DNA of 64,000 bases from Takakia lepidozioides. Lineage: Eukaryota; Plantae; Bryophyta. Of the stretch, positions 63,138-64,000 are shown piece by piece. The DNA lies in contig CM060734.1 of assembly GCA_030704615.1 (NCBI GenBank), forward strand, positions 36,084,001 to 36,148,000, read 5' to 3'. A model generated the notes under the pieces. That model was given only the letters and a program-made list of their open reading frames with translations, did not search any database and was not told where the DNA came from. Each line of letters begins with the position of its first letter. The first letter of the stretch is position 1. A program made the position numbers and the translations under genes.

Positions 63138-63191
63138 GGGGTTCTTACCATGGTCATCTGGCACCCTCACAGACGACCTGGTTCGTTTAAA
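63138..63191 (-). promoter_or_regulatory. -1 programmed ribosomal frameshift signal at the gag/pol junction
   Basis: Slippery heptamer T TTA AAC (63191-63185) is in gag phase (ACT TTA AAC). A 6-nt spacer is followed by a 9-bp stem GGUCGUCUG/CAGAUGACC whose loop carries the gag stop. pol is in the -1 frame. Confidence 0.8.
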
Positions 63192-64000
63192 GTACCCTGT
63201 TGTTTCTTATCCCTTTGTAACTGTTCAATCAGGGCAAGCAAGTCAGATTGGTAAGGGCACCACCTGGTGTAATGCTTGATGGACTTGCAAATCATGCAAG
63301 CCACCATTGAGGTCCTGGTGTCATGACGCATGCCAGCATGGGCTTTACCTTGAGTCCCGGATCTGGCAGGGACTGCAGGGTTCCAGCCTACCTCAGCCTT
63401 GAAGGCTTGCAGTTCTCCCTGGATTTCATTACGAAAGGATGATAACTCATGCACAATGGAAGGGACCAGATCTGCTGCAATACCTTTCACCCCAGGGTCC
63501 CCATCAGTAGGCTCTACACAGTGATTCTCACTAGCTAGATGAGTGTGTTTTGTGTTGGCAACTTTAGACAGACCTGCCTTAGCAGCTTTGAGACGTAACC
63601 TTTCTTCAATCAATTCCACCATCTCATCTTCAGTGGTGTAAGACTGTTTTTGCATAAACACTTTCTCAGCAGGGGGCAAGCCTTTTACAAAACAATGTTT
63701 CAAAATAGCATGTCTCTATGATGTAATCAAAACCGACTTACAAATTGCAGTTCGTAAATCAGTGTAGTATTTCCACACACTGTCGCCATAATGAAATTTT
63801 AAGTCTGGTGTGGTGTAAGCTATGGGCTTTTCTTCACGAAAGAGCTTGCGAGCCAACTCTCTGGCTTCGACCCACGTAAGATCATTTTTGTCCTTAATGT
63901 TGGACTCAAACATTTGCCTGGCCTCTCCCTTGAGACAGATCCGAAAGGACTTGACTTGGAATCGTGGGGGAACTCCATTCATTTCAGTGCTGATTTCAAA

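Larger units (their letters stand above)
58602..64000 (-). mobile_element. Ty3/gypsy LTR retrotransposon, decayed, 5' part outside the window (gag / PR / dUTPase-like / RT / RNase H / insert / IN / 3' LTR)
   Basis: gag knuckle CMICKSIKHYTRWC; protease VIDTG...[50 protein letters not shown], YIDD; RNase H QTDAS...TDH...NADALTR; integrase HHC(C) zinc finger and DLVGP, TDQG, ERFN. In-frame stops and frameshifts throughout. Confidence 0.97.

Overview
Eukaryotic plant nuclear DNA, most likely a moss. This rests on spliced GT-AG genes and a repeat beginning MKQDVCFVLFC that I recall from moss genomes. Five apparently intact host genes can be built by hand: (1) a divergent 6-exon NAA10/ARD1-like N-terminal acetyltransferase (-); (2) an intronless MICOS subunit MIC10 (-); (3) a 2-exon SH4/ASR3-type trihelix (Myb/SANT-like) factor (+); (4) a convergent multi-exon Myb/SANT + Crinkler-type REase-like + kinase gene (-); (5) gamma-secretase subunit PEN-2 (+). 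The rest is mostly transposon debris: a hAT MITE with an 8-bp TSD, an internally deleted PIF/Harbinger element carrying a nested gag fragment, a CACTA TnpA-like gene, tRNA-derived SINE copies, (CT)n-tailed retroposon ends, a long decayed coiled-coil ORF, a HECT-ligase pseudogene and a Crinkler-type nuclease pseudogene. The last 5.4 kb is a decayed Ty3/gypsy element with an unusual layout: a canonical -1 frameshift signal (U UUA AAC plus hairpin/pseudoknot) between gag and pol, a degenerate dUTPase between protease and RT, and an unexplained ~170-aa insert between RNase H and integrase with a possible adenine-methyltransferase-like motif. All homology calls are from motif recognition by eye; no searches were run.
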